Shown here: positions 27,958 through 37,421 of the stretch, piece by piece
Layout of the letters: every line of letters starts with the position of its first letter
How positions within the stretch are numbered: position 1 is the stretch's first letter
Source of the DNA: Gammaproteobacteria bacterium
GTDB taxonomy: Bacteria; Pseudomonadota; Gammaproteobacteria; UBA4575
NCBI GenBank assembly: GCA_965227695.1
Contig: OZ245760.1
Span: 174,619 to 238,618, forward strand
Direction: 5' to 3'
Length of the DNA stretch: 64,000 nt
Notes under the pieces: generated by a model
Told to the model about the DNA's origin: nothing
What the model saw: the letters and a program-made list of their open reading frames with translations, nothing else
The model's database searches: none
Program-made: the position numbers and the translations under genes

Positions 27958-28917
27958 ATGCGAGAAACCAAACATTTATTATTTCCCGGTGATTTTCCAG
28001 CTATTGAACGTGATCAATCCGCGACGTTACAGGTAAACCTCGGCTACAAATGCAATCAATCATGCACACATTGTCATGTTAACGCGGGACCTTCGCGCAC
28101 AGAAATGATGTCTGATGAAACAATGGAGTCTGTAGTAAGGTATCTTTCCCAAAGGCGGGTCTCCATGCTGGATCTCACAGGTGGCGCTCCCGAGTTACAT
28201 CCACGCTTCAGGGATCTGGTCTCAACCGCACGCAAGATGGGCATTGTAGTTCGCGACCGCTGCAACCTGACTATATTATTTGAACCTGCACAAGCCGGCC
28301 TTGCTGATTTCCTTGCCAGCAACCAGGTGGAAATTGTAGCCTCCTTACCCTGCTATACTGAAGATAATGTCAACAAACAGCGTGGCAAAGGCGTATTCAC
28401 ATTAAGTATAAAAGCATTAAAAAAACTTAATGCGCTGGGTTATGGAAAAACAGACCGCCTTCGCTTATATTTGGTCTATAACCCAAGCGGTCCTATCCTT
28501 CCGCCGCCACAGGCACAGCTGGAACAGGACTACAAAAAACATCTGGCAAATGACTATGGCATCTATTTTGACGGCCTTTTTGTATTAACCAATATGCCCA
28601 TTCAGCGCTTTGGCAGCAGTTTGCTTTCTACCGGCCATTTTGAAAGTTACATGAAAACCCTGCGCGAGAGTCATACGCCTGCAAATATGAACACAGTCAT
28701 GTGCAAGAACACAATAAGTATCGACTGGCAGGGGTATGTTTATGATTGTGACTTTAACCAGATGCTCGACGAGCCGATCGTTGACTCAGGTAACCGTTCG
28801 CTTCATATTGAAGACCTTCTCACGCGTGACATTCATTCAATAAAAGTCAAAACCGGTAATCACTGTTATGGTTGTACAGCGGGCCAGGGTAGTAGTTGTT
28901 CCGGCGCTTTAAGCTAA
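27958..28917 (+). CDS. arsS: Arsenosugar biosynthesis radical SAM protein ArsS (DUF3641 C-terminus)
   Basis: LQVNLGYKCNQSCTHCHV (CxxxCxxC), DLTGGAPE, ASLPCY, MC...ISIDWQG..YDCDFNQ and HCYGCTAGQGSSC motifs. Confidence 0.88.
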   Translation: MRETKHLLFPGDFPAIERDQSATLQVNLGYKCNQSCTHCHVNAGPSRTEMMSDETMESVVRYLSQRRVSMLDLTGGAPELHPRFRDLVSTARKMGIVVRDRCNLTILFEPAQAGLADFLASNQVEIVASLPCYTEDNVNKQRGKGVFTLSIKALKKLNALGYGKTDRLRLYLVYNPSGPILPPPQAQLEQDYKKHLANDYGIYFDGLFVLTNMPIQRFGSSLLSTGHFESYMKTLRESHTPANMNTVMCKNTISIDWQGYVYDCDFNQMLDEPIVDSGNRSLHIEDLLTRDIHSIKVKTGNHCYGCTAGQGSSCSGALS

Positions 28918-29008
28918 CCATATACCTTTTATGTCGGCATGATACGATAGCTCTCATATTTGACCTGTATTCAGCACAGCTGGCCTGCACTATTCGTAAA
29001 AACATTTA

Positions 29009-30055
29009 ATGAATAAATCATTTTCCTTTTTGCTAACATTACTGGTATTTGTATTTTGCAGCACCTTATCGGCTGACGGTCCTCCAGAGTATTCCAAACC
29101 CGTCGTCGTCGATATTGCAAAAATAAGGCAGCTTGCTCCTACCGCGCAGTATTCAGGCAGTGTAATCAGCAAATATGATGCACGTATTTCCGCCGAAGTA
29201 GAAGGACGCCTGACCTGGGTAGCAGAAGTTGGATCCTTAATTAAACAAGGCGAGGTTATTGCCAGGCTGGATGATATCTTCCTGCAGCAACAGCGCTCAG
29301 AAGAACTCGCACTCATTCAAAGCGAACAGGCCAAGCTCGAATTATATCAAAAAGAAGTGCAGCGCTATCAGCGCCTGATCCAGCAAAACAATGTTGCCCA
29401 AAACCAGTTGGACCAGTCAATTTCAGACCGCACCGTGGCACAAAGTAATATTATCGCCGCACGCGCAAGGCTTGCACAAATTGAGGAAAGAATCATTCGA
29501 TCATCACCGCGCGCTCCATTTGCAGGCGTCATTACCGAACGCTTTGCAGAGGCTGGCGAATGGTCTGAACGTGGTAACCAGTTGGTGCGTCTGGTGGATA
29601 CCAGTCACCCGGAGATTCAGCTTCGGGTTCCCCAAAGCATCTATCCTTTGCTTCATTCCGGCAAAATATTAAACGTAAGCCATGACGAGCAGACTATTCA
29701 GTCCCGTGTGGTAACGATTGTACCGGTCGGCACAACGACCTCAAGATTATTTGAGTTACGCCTGAGCCCGGAGGTCCCGCTGTTGCCGGGCACCCTGGTA
29801 AAAGTATCTCTGCCGACCGCCAAACCCAGGCAGGTCATCTCGGTTCATCGTGATGCATTGGTGATCAGAAAAGGCGGCATTAGCATCTATAGAATCAATG
29901 ACAACAATCAGGCTGAACAGGTACCGGTTAAAGTAGGCAGCGGGGATGCTGACTATATAGAAATCGTTGGTGATCTGGCCGCCGGCGACCGTGTTGTCAC
30001 CCGCGGTGGCGAGCGTTTACGCCCTGGCGAGACGGTGACAGTTATCAATGAGTAG
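29009..30055 (+). CDS. RND efflux periplasmic adaptor (membrane fusion protein)
   Basis: Signal sequence; lipoyl-like halves (ISAEVEG...APFAGVI), coiled-coil hairpin and C-terminal GDRVV.RG...LRPG. Confidence 0.9.
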   Translation: MNKSFSFLLTLLVFVFCSTLSADGPPEYSKPVVVDIAKIRQLAPTAQYSGSVISKYDARISAEVEGRLTWVAEVGSLIKQGEVIARLDDIFLQQQRSEELALIQSEQAKLELYQKEVQRYQRLIQQNNVAQNQLDQSISDRTVAQSNIIAARARLAQIEERIIRSSPRAPFAGVITERFAEAGEWSERGNQLVRLVDTSHPEIQLRVPQSIYPLLHSGKILNVSHDEQTIQSRVVTIVPVGTTTSRLFELRLSPEVPLLPGTLVKVSLPTAKPRQVISVHRDALVIRKGGISIYRINDNNQAEQVPVKVGSGDADYIEIVGDLAAGDRVVTRGGERLRPGETVTVINE

Positions 30056-33000
30056 TCCAACCAAACTTGCACTTGGTAACCCAACTGCAGCATTAGTCAC
30101 TGCATTACTTATCATTTTATTTGGTCTTTTGTCATTACGGGTATTACCCATCCAGCTTACGCCTGAAGTCGAAAGGCCCGAGATTACCATTACAACCAGC
30201 TGGCGGGGAGCCGCACCCGAAGAAGTTGAAGCTGAGATTATCGAACCACAGGAAGACCAGCTGCGTGGTTTGCCGGGTATGACGGAATTATTATCTGAGG
30301 CAAGTCAGGGATCAGGCAAAATTACCATTTCATTTGATGTTGACTTTAGTCTGGAGCGCGGTCTCATCGAAGTCATTAATCGGCTAAATCGCGTGCCCCA
30401 ATACCCATTGGAAGCCGATGAACCGATTCTCAGTACGGCCGGTGGACGCAGTCGTCCAATTGCCTGGTTTATTATTAAGCCTGGTGAAGGCAACAAAACC
30501 GGCATTGAAGAATATCGCGATTACGTCGAAGAAGTAGTGCAATCACGCTTTGAACGGGTCGCCGGAATCGCGCTCTCCGAAGTGCGAGGTGGCAATGAAC
30601 AGGAAGTTCGTATCACAGTCGACCCGTATCGCGCAGCCGGCATGGAGATAGATATCATCAATGCTGCCCGGATTGTCGGCAACAATGAAGATGTCTCAGG
30701 GGGCACAACAGACATTGGCAAAAGACGTTATATCCTGCGTTATACAGGAGCCCTGACACCAAAGGACTTACAATCACTGGTGATTGAATGGCGCGATGGA
30801 CAGCCTGTTTATTTGCGTGATATTGCCACCGTAGCCATACAGCCTGCTGATCGTGACAATTTTGTCATTACCCGGGGAGAACCTGCGATTGCAGTCAATG
30901 CATATCGTGAATCGGGTGTGAATGTTCTGGATGTAATGCTTGACCTGCAGCAAGCGACTGATGAACTCCGACAGGGTCCGTTAAAACGCTCAAACCTGAC
31001 CATAGAACAGGTCTATGACGAAACCATCTATATAGATAGCGCAATAGAACTGCTGCGCAGCAACCTCGGTCTCGGTATTGTTTTGGCTGTTGTCATTCTC
31101 TGGTGGTTTTTAAGGAGGGTTAAAGCCACTCTGGTTGTCACCATCACCATTCCATTGTGTTTATGCATTGCATTCGTGGTTATTCTTGCCTCCGGGAAAT
31201 CCATTAATGTCATTTCCCTGGCCGCGATGGCCTTTTCTGTGGGCATGGTCATGGATGCTGCCATTATTGTTCTGGAAAATATTGTGCGCTTAAAAGAAAA
31301 AGGCAAGTCAGGTTTTGATGCAGCACTTGAAGGCACCAGGCAGGTCTGGCCGGCATTGCTGGCTTCAACTGCAACCACAGTGGCTATCTTTTTACCCGTG
31401 CTGTTTTTGCGCGACCAGAGTGGACAGCTGTTTGCGGACCTGTCTATCGCGATTACCGCTTCAATCATTGCCTCCTTATTTGTCGCAACCGTCCTGATCC
31501 CGACTGCCAGTATGGTTTGGCTCAGAAACACAACTTTTGAAGATCGCCATAGTCACCTCTGGGATGGCATTACAGAAAAGATAGCAAGCATAAACAGATC
31601 ATCAGTGATTCGCGCAGGTATAGCGATCATGTTAATCATTATTCCCATCACCAGCTCTGTGTATTTTTTCCCGGAGAGGGATTACCTGCCCACGGGCAAC
31701 CGCAACCTGGTATTTGGCTTTGTGATACCACCACCCGGAGTTAATATTGAGCATCTTAAAACAGAAATGGGAGACGTCATTGCCGAGCGCATTCAACCAT
31801 ATCTTTCCGGTGAAAAAGAACCCAAAATCAAACATTACTTTTTCGTCGCCAATTCCGGTTCTATATTTATAGGTGGCCGCGCCGCCGACCCTTCCCAGGT
31901 TAACCAGCTGGTTACCGTTTTAAATCAGATCGTCAGCGGCTTCCCGGATACCTTCGCGGTGGTTCGAAAAGCATCGCTGTTCTCAGGTTTCGGGGCTAAC
32001 CGTGAAATAGAGGTGAACGTGCAAGGCCGCAATATTGACGCATTGATTGAAGCAGCACTGACAGGATTTATAGCAATCCCGCAAAAAGTTCCGGGTGCTC
32101 GCGTTCGCCCTCGCCCGGGATTGGAACTTGCAGAGCCTGAGCTTCAATTAGTGCCACGCGATGACCGCCTGCGTGAAACAGGCTGGAATCGAGAAACATT
32201 ATCGCAGATATCCAGAGTACTGGGTGATGGCTTGCAGGTTGGTGAATACTTTGATGGCAAAGAACGTCTCGATATCATCGTGAGGTCGCCGCAATGGGAG
32301 ACGCCTGAGCAGCTTGGCGCGATTCCCCTGCACACCCCGCAGGCCAGCGTTATTCCATTTGGTGAACTGGTCGATATCGTTCGAACAGCTGGCCCGGATA
32401 CCATTCGCCGTCTCGATAGGCGCAGAACAATTACGCTGGAAGTCACCCCCCCTGAGGATTTACCCCTGGAACAAGCACTTAGTCTTATCCAGACGGAAGT
32501 GGCACCATTAATGGAACCTCTGCTGCCGGAAGACGGGGTAATCCGTTATGGTGGCTCTGCCGACAATCTTAAATCTGCCATCAGTAACCTCAGCGGCAGT
32601 TTTATGGTTGCCTTGATTATTTTATTGCTGTTAATGGCAGCATTATTCAGATCTTTTTTTGATAGCCTGCTGGTAATGCTAGCCCTGCCCCTGGCGACAA
32701 TTGGCGGCGTTATCAGCCTCAAACTCCTCGGCCTGTCGGCAGATCTGCTGACACTTATTGGGTTTATCATTTTGTTGGGGCTGGTTGTAAACAATGCCAT
32801 ACTCCTCGTTTACCAGGCAAGAAATGCCGAGCGGGAAGGAATGACAAGATCCGAGGCGATCAATAACGCAATACGCACTCGTGTGCGGCCCATCTTAATG
32901 AGCACATCGACCTCGGTATTTGGCATGTTGCCACTGGTGATATTTGCCGGCGCCGGTGCAGAGCTCTACCGTGGACTGGCAGCGGTGATAGTCGGTGGGA

Positions 33001-33098
33001 TGATCGTGAGCACGGTGTTTACACTCGTATTAATCCCAAGCCTGCTGCAATTTGATTTTAACAGGCAAATCAGAAAAATTAACCAACCCCAGAAGTAA
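30048..33098 (+). CDS. RND efflux permease (AcrB/AcrD/AcrF family)
   Basis: 1016 aa; P.QL.PEV, GAAPEEVE, GMVMDAAIIVLENI, GLVVNNAILL and RVRPILMST motifs; 8-bp overlap with the adaptor gene. Confidence 0.92.
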   Translation: MSSPTKLALGNPTAALVTALLIILFGLLSLRVLPIQLTPEVERPEITITTSWRGAAPEEVEAEIIEPQEDQLRGLPGMTELLSEASQGSGKITISFDVDFSLERGLIEVINRLNRVPQYPLEADEPILSTAGGRSRPIAWFIIKPGEGNKTGIEEYRDYVEEVVQSRFERVAGIALSEVRGGNEQEVRITVDPYRAAGMEIDIINAARIVGNNEDVSGGTTDIGKRRYILRYTGALTPKDLQSLVIEWRDGQPVYLRDIATVAIQPADRDNFVITRGEPAIAVNAYRESGVNVLDVMLDLQQATDELRQGPLKRSNLTIEQVYDETIYIDSAIELLRSNLGLGIVLAVVILWWFLRRVKATLVVTITIPLCLCIAFVVILASGKSINVISLAAMAFSVGMVMDAAIIVLENIVRLKEKGKSGFDAALEGTRQVWPALLASTATTVAIFLPVLFLRDQSGQLFADLSIAITASIIASLFVATVLIPTASMVWLRNTTFEDRHSHLWDGITEKIASINRSSVIRAGIAIMLIIIPITSSVYFFPERDYLPTGNRNLVFGFVIPPPGVNIEHLKTEMGDVIAERIQPYLSGEKEPKIKHYFFVANSGSIFIGGRAADPSQVNQLVTVLNQIVSGFPDTFAVVRKASLFSGFGANREIEVNVQGRNIDALIEAALTGFIAIPQKVPGARVRPRPGLELAEPELQLVPRDDRLRETGWNRETLSQISRVLGDGLQVGEYFDGKERLDIIVRSPQWETPEQLGAIPLHTPQASVIPFGELVDIVRTAGPDTIRRLDRRRTITLEVTPPEDLPLEQALSLIQTEVAPLMEPLLPEDGVIRYGGSADNLKSAISNLSGSFMVALIILLLLMAALFRSFFDSLLVMLALPLATIGGVISLKLLGLSADLLTLIGFIILLGLVVNNAILLVYQARNAEREGMTRSEAINNAIRTRVRPILMSTSTSVFGMLPLVIFAGAGAELYRGLAAVIVGGMIVSTVFTLVLIPSLLQFDFNRQIRKINQPQK

Positions 33099-33305
33099 TT
33101 TCAGTGTTTATTTACCAACAACCATTATTCTCATCTCGCTATGGCTTTTTAATTGCCTCACGCAGTCAATTTTGAGCACACACAGCAAGGAAAAAACTTT
33201 AAATCTACCGCTAAATCAAATTCCCGACTGTCTATCTTTGGAGATATATTCAGCTTTGGGCTTTAAGCGTCTAATCGCGCCAACTAATGACATGAGATCC
33301 AGCCA

Positions 33306-33572
33306 GTGTCTAGAAAACAGCCCCAAAATCCACTACTTAAACAGATCCAACTGGCATGTAAAAACACCAGTGTCAGCGCGCGTGAGGTTCTCAAAGAGCT
33401 AAGCCTCGACGATATAAACATGCTTAAATCAGGCGATTTATCCACCGACTACCTAGTCTCACTTGCACAGGATCTCCATGAAGAAAAAAAATTATTCAGC
33501 ACAGTCCATGATGACTTGGGCGATAGTAATCGCTATGATCCCACACAGCACGATGACTCATCACATTTATAA
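33306..33572 (+). CDS. Hypothetical protein
   Basis: 88-aa ORF ending 26 bp before rimK; weak start signal. Confidence 0.4.
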   Translation: MSRKQPQNPLLKQIQLACKNTSVSAREVLKELSLDDINMLKSGDLSTDYLVSLAQDLHEEKKLFSTVHDDLGDSNRYDPTQHDDSSHL

Positions 33573-33598
33573 TCGTAATATTTACATTAAGGTAATCA

Positions 33599-34990
33599 TT
33601 GACTAGCGAAAAAAAAATAGTAATTGGCAGTCAGGAATGGTGTTCACTTAATCAACTTGGTATACCGGCCATTAAAGCCCGTATCGACTCAGGGGCAAAA
33701 ACTTCATCTCTGCATGCATTCAATATCCATGCATTCAAGAAAGAAGGGGCACCCTGGGTCAGTTTCGAGGTGCATCCCTTACAAATGAATCGCTCAACGA
33801 TTATCCGTTGTGAGCAGCAGGTACTTGACCGGCGGGTAGTCAAAAGCTCCAGCGGTGAATCCGAGAAAAGATATGTGATAAAAGCAGAGGTTACTCTGGG
33901 GACTGAAACCTGGCCGATAGAGATCACTTTGACTAATAGAGACTCAATGGGTTATCGCATGTTGCTGGGACGCGAAGCGATGCATAATCGAATATTGGTC
34001 AACCCTTCCGAGAGTTTCCTGCATGGCAAGATGGAACCGGAGTATGTCAAATCGCTTTATGGGAAACCCATCACTCATACCAATGGGTTACGTATCGGGG
34101 TTTTAGCCAGCAATCCTGATCTTTATAGTAATCAGAGAATCATTGAGGCAGGGGAACAGCGTGGCCACCAGATGCATTTTCTGACGATCAAGCAATGCTA
34201 CATGAAGCTTGACCCCAACAATCCAGAAATTCATTCCCGGGGCGGAAAAGTAATAGATCAGCTTGATGCGATCATACCACGCATACGCCCGAGTATTACA
34301 TTCTATGGCTGCGCCCTGATAAGACAATTTGAAAATATAGGAACATACTGCCTGAACTCATCTTCTGCGATTAGTCAGTCGCGTGATAAGCTTTTTTCAC
34401 TACAAAAGTTACAGGAAAACAAGCTTGAAATTCCCCTGACAGGGTTTGCCAATTCACCGATTGACACCGATGACCTGATTGAGATGGTCGGTGGTGCACC
34501 ATTAATCGTAAAATTACTGGAAGGTACCCAGGGCAAAGGCGTGGTTCTTGCTGAAACGCGCAAGGCTGCCGAGAGTGTAATCAACGCATTCAAATCGCTA
34601 AAAGCCAATTTACTGGTTCAGCAATTTATCAAGGAAGCCAATGGCAAGGATATTCGTTGCCTTGTCATTAATGGCAAAGTCGTTGCAAGCATACAAAGGC
34701 AGGCACCACCGGGGGAGTTTAGAGCAAATATTCATCTTGGCGGTATCGCCTCTTCGGTCAAGATCACTCAGGAAGAAAAAGCATTAGCCATCAAGGCAAC
34801 CAGGGTTTTCGGTCTTAAAGTCGCTGGCGTTGATATTATTCGGTCCAGCCGTGGTCCGCTATTGCTTGAGGTCAATTCGTCCCCGGGGCTCGAAGGTGTC
34901 GAAACGGCCACGGGGAAAGATATTGCTGGTGCAATGATTGTTGCTATTGAAAAAGCATGCAACTGGAGAAGAGAGGTTACTCACCCATAA
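33599..34990 (+). CDS. rimK: RimB-like retropepsin/'ATP-dependent zinc protease' domain fused to RimK ATP-grasp glutamate ligase
   Basis: N-domain IGSQEW...[15 protein letters not shown]...LLGR; C-domain [29 protein letters not shown] and [11 protein letters not shown] motifs. Confidence 0.9.
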   Translation: MTSEKKIVIGSQEWCSLNQLGIPAIKARIDSGAKTSSLHAFNIHAFKKEGAPWVSFEVHPLQMNRSTIIRCEQQVLDRRVVKSSSGESEKRYVIKAEVTLGTETWPIEITLTNRDSMGYRMLLGREAMHNRILVNPSESFLHGKMEPEYVKSLYGKPITHTNGLRIGVLASNPDLYSNQRIIEAGEQRGHQMHFLTIKQCYMKLDPNNPEIHSRGGKVIDQLDAIIPRIRPSITFYGCALIRQFENIGTYCLNSSSAISQSRDKLFSLQKLQENKLEIPLTGFANSPIDTDDLIEMVGGAPLIVKLLEGTQGKGVVLAETRKAAESVINAFKSLKANLLVQQFIKEANGKDIRCLVINGKVVASIQRQAPPGEFRANIHLGGIASSVKITQEEKALAIKATRVFGLKVAGVDIIRSSRGPLLLEVNSSPGLEGVETATGKDIAGAMIVAIEKACNWRREVTHP

Positions 34991-35089
34991 CAGGTAGCAT
35001 TTATTTTATCAAATTTTTTAGAATTGACTTGCGAGCACAGAGCCACCGGCCATCTGTGGCCATGGCCGGGAACTTTACTTTAGACTGAC

Positions 35090-35494
35090 TCAGTAGTGTA
35101 TTGCACGTGGCAATTCTTTTGCCTGCTTTACCCAGTCTTCTACCTGTGAAGCCGAGGGAACCTGCCTGACCAGCTTTTTATCTTCATTCACACTCACCAT
35201 TTTTTCATGCAGATTTGCTGCATTACGCTGTGCAAGCTCCGGCACAGTATCCACTCCGGCACATTCCAGCAGATCGGCGTATTGCGTACTCACCCCTTTG
35301 ATGCGTGCAAGATCCGCACGATTCAGCCATTTTAAAACCAGTTTTTCACTGATATCGCATTTTTCCGCAATTCCCTGCCGGCCTTTTTTTTCCCCGCCCA
35401 CTTCCAGTAACTGCTCAATCGAGTGGATACCACCTTCCTCTAGTTTTTTTGAATATGCCTCACCAATACCTTCGATGTCAGCCAGCTTTGTCAT
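35090..35494 (-). CDS. DUF4332 (helix-hairpin-helix) protein
   Basis: IEGIG, W..RADL.RIKGV..QYADLLE.AGVDTV.ELAQRN motifs. Confidence 0.85.
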   Translation of the reverse strand: MTKLADIEGIGEAYSKKLEEGGIHSIEQLLEVGGEKKGRQGIAEKCDISEKLVLKWLNRADLARIKGVSTQYADLLECAGVDTVPELAQRNAANLHEKMVSVNEDKKLVRQVPSASQVEDWVKQAKELPRAIHY

Positions 35495-35602
35495 ATAGTC
35501 TCCTGTTTTATTGGTTTTGTTACTATTTTAAGACTGCCGGCCAGTCACTCTGACCGTGAAACTATTGTCTTTGTTTATTTTTATACAGTTTTAATCGGAT
35601 GT

Positions 35603-36478
35603 CTATTTTTCATTAATAAGCAGCTCACGCAGATGCGCGAATCGCTGTAATGCCTGCTCGTCTACCCTTGGATATTGCAAATCAAGTGATTCGAGAGTTT
35701 CAGCAATAATTTTTGCCACGATGTAACGCATATAAGGCTTATTATCGGCGGGAATGGCATACCATGGTGCATAATCACGCGAAGTCGCACTTAATGCAGC
35801 TTCATATGCCCCCATGTAATCATCCCAGTACTTGCGCTCGTTAATATCGGCTTCAGAAAATTTCCAGTTTTTCTCCGGTTCATCAATGCGACTTAAAAAT
35901 CGCCGGCATTGCTCTTCCCTGGAAACATTTAACCAAAACTTTAATACGACCGTGCCATTGTATGCCAAATGCTTTTCAAGATCGCGGATAGACTCATATC
36001 GTTTCTCCCAGATTTCATGCATGTCTATCTTTTCCGGAAGTTTTTGCTGATTGAGAATTTCCGGATGCACTTTAACAACAAGCACTTCTTCATAATAACT
36101 CCTGTTGAATACACCAATACGCCCCCGTTCAGGCAAACGAACAGAACTTCTCCACAGAAAGTCATGGTCCAGTTCGTTTGCAGAAGGTTTTTTAAATGAA
36201 AATACCTGGCAACCAGCCGGGTTGACTCCGGTCAGCGCATGTCGAATGGTGCTGTCTTTCCCTGCCGCATCCATTGCCTGAAATATTAAAAGCAAAGCGT
36301 GGCTGTCATGTGCATACATGATGCGTTGCAGGTCATGTATTTTTTTTGTCAGTTTTTTTAGTTTCTTTTTATATATCTTGTCATTAAGCTTCTTTTCTCC
36401 AACAGAAGTGATTGCCTGTTTATAACTGAATGACCCATCAAAGGGAACCAGGTACTGATGTTTGACCGCGCTAAACAT
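35603..36478 (-). CDS. ppk2: Polyphosphate kinase 2 (class III-like polyP:nucleotide phosphotransferase)
   Basis: FQAMDAAGKD, SFKKPS..ELDHDFLWR, FNRSYYE and KNWKFS motifs. Confidence 0.9.
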   Translation of the reverse strand: MFSAVKHQYLVPFDGSFSYKQAITSVGEKKLNDKIYKKKLKKLTKKIHDLQRIMYAHDSHALLLIFQAMDAAGKDSTIRHALTGVNPAGCQVFSFKKPSANELDHDFLWRSSVRLPERGRIGVFNRSYYEEVLVVKVHPEILNQQKLPEKIDMHEIWEKRYESIRDLEKHLAYNGTVVLKFWLNVSREEQCRRFLSRIDEPEKNWKFSEADINERKYWDDYMGAYEAALSATSRDYAPWYAIPADNKPYMRYIVAKIIAETLESLDLQYPRVDEQALQRFAHLRELLINEK

Positions 36479-36482
36479 TTAT

Positions 36483-36920
36483 TTACTCCTGTGACAGACT
36501 AGATTGTTGGGCCACCCTAATCGTTTTGTTTCCTTGTGCAATCCAGTCTTTAATACCTTTACTGACATTATAAACCCGTCTGAAATCATGCTGCCTGACC
36601 AAATAATTTCCAACCATGTTACTTCGATTTCCTGTACGACAGATAAGGATCAACTCATCGTCGGGAGTGACAATCTGAGCCACCTTATGCATCCATTGCT
36701 TTGCTTGTGGTTGGCGCCTTTCATCAAAAAACATGATTGGCAGACTGCCCTCTACAATACCAGTCTGGTCCCACTCTGATGGTGTTCTCAGATCTATCAC
36801 GGTGACACCTGCTTTAATCAGACTTTTAAGTTGTTGTGCATCGATCTGAATTACTTCGGCATATACGCTGCTTGCCGAACAAAGGATATAAAGTATCAGC
36901 CATTGTTTAAATTTCATCAT
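36483..36920 (-). CDS. Secreted rhodanese-like domain protein
   Basis: Signal peptide; IDLRTPSEW and active-site loop ICRTGNRS; GI.DW. Confidence 0.85.
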   Translation of the reverse strand: MMKFKQWLILYILCSASSVYAEVIQIDAQQLKSLIKAGVTVIDLRTPSEWDQTGIVEGSLPIMFFDERRQPQAKQWMHKVAQIVTPDDELILICRTGNRSNMVGNYLVRQHDFRRVYNVSKGIKDWIAQGNKTIRVAQQSSLSQE

Positions 36921-36929
36921 AATCTCATA

Positions 36930-37421
36930 TCAGTTCGTAAATATGGCCTGACAATTTTGATCAATATATTTTTGCAGGCGTTTCTTTTTCGCGTCTACCA
37001 CGTTTTTTTCAATATAGACACGTTTACCGTTTTCATCTAACTCATAATACGTCACCCCTCCCTGTGCCAGGTCGCTCAGTTCAGCCCGTGCTATATAGCA
37101 GTTTGATTTAACCCTGTCTTTTTCCTGCTGTTGTTGCTGGCGCATATTTTTTCTTTCAAGCCGCTCGGACTGCAGATAATCCGAGTATCTTTTCTGCTTT
37201 TCATAACGGCTTGATTCAGTATCCCGACCCGTCTCTCCGGGTAATGCATAATTTCTCCTGAGTTTTATTTTTTCGGCACCCTCATAAGGAGGTATCTGAG
37301 AATAACTGACACGCCCATGTTCATCAACCACACGATATATATTCGTTGCCGTCACAATGTTCAGACCAGTGAGAAAAAAAACCAATAATACGGTTCTCAT
37401 CATATTGTTATCACCGCACAT
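36930..37421 (-). CDS. DUF4124 domain protein
   Basis: Signal peptide then IYRVVDEHGRVSYSQIPP; C-terminal coiled coil with two Cys. True start may be the second or third Met. Confidence 0.8.
   Translation of the reverse strand: MCGDNNMMRTVLLVFFLTGLNIVTATNIYRVVDEHGRVSYSQIPPYEGAEKIKLRRNYALPGETGRDTESSRYEKQKRYSDYLQSERLERKNMRQQQQQEKDRVKSNCYIARAELSDLAQGGVTYYELDENGKRVYIEKNVVDAKKKRLQKYIDQNCQAIFTN

Noticed and set aside
27958-28917. Selenocysteine read-through in ArsS
   Set aside because: The C-terminal motif is encoded as SSCSG with a normal Cys codon and ends at TAA; there is no in-frame TGA.
33052-33402. 116-aa ORF overlapping the RND permease end
   Set aside because: Overlaps both neighbours, has a TTG start with no RBS, and no protein-like features.
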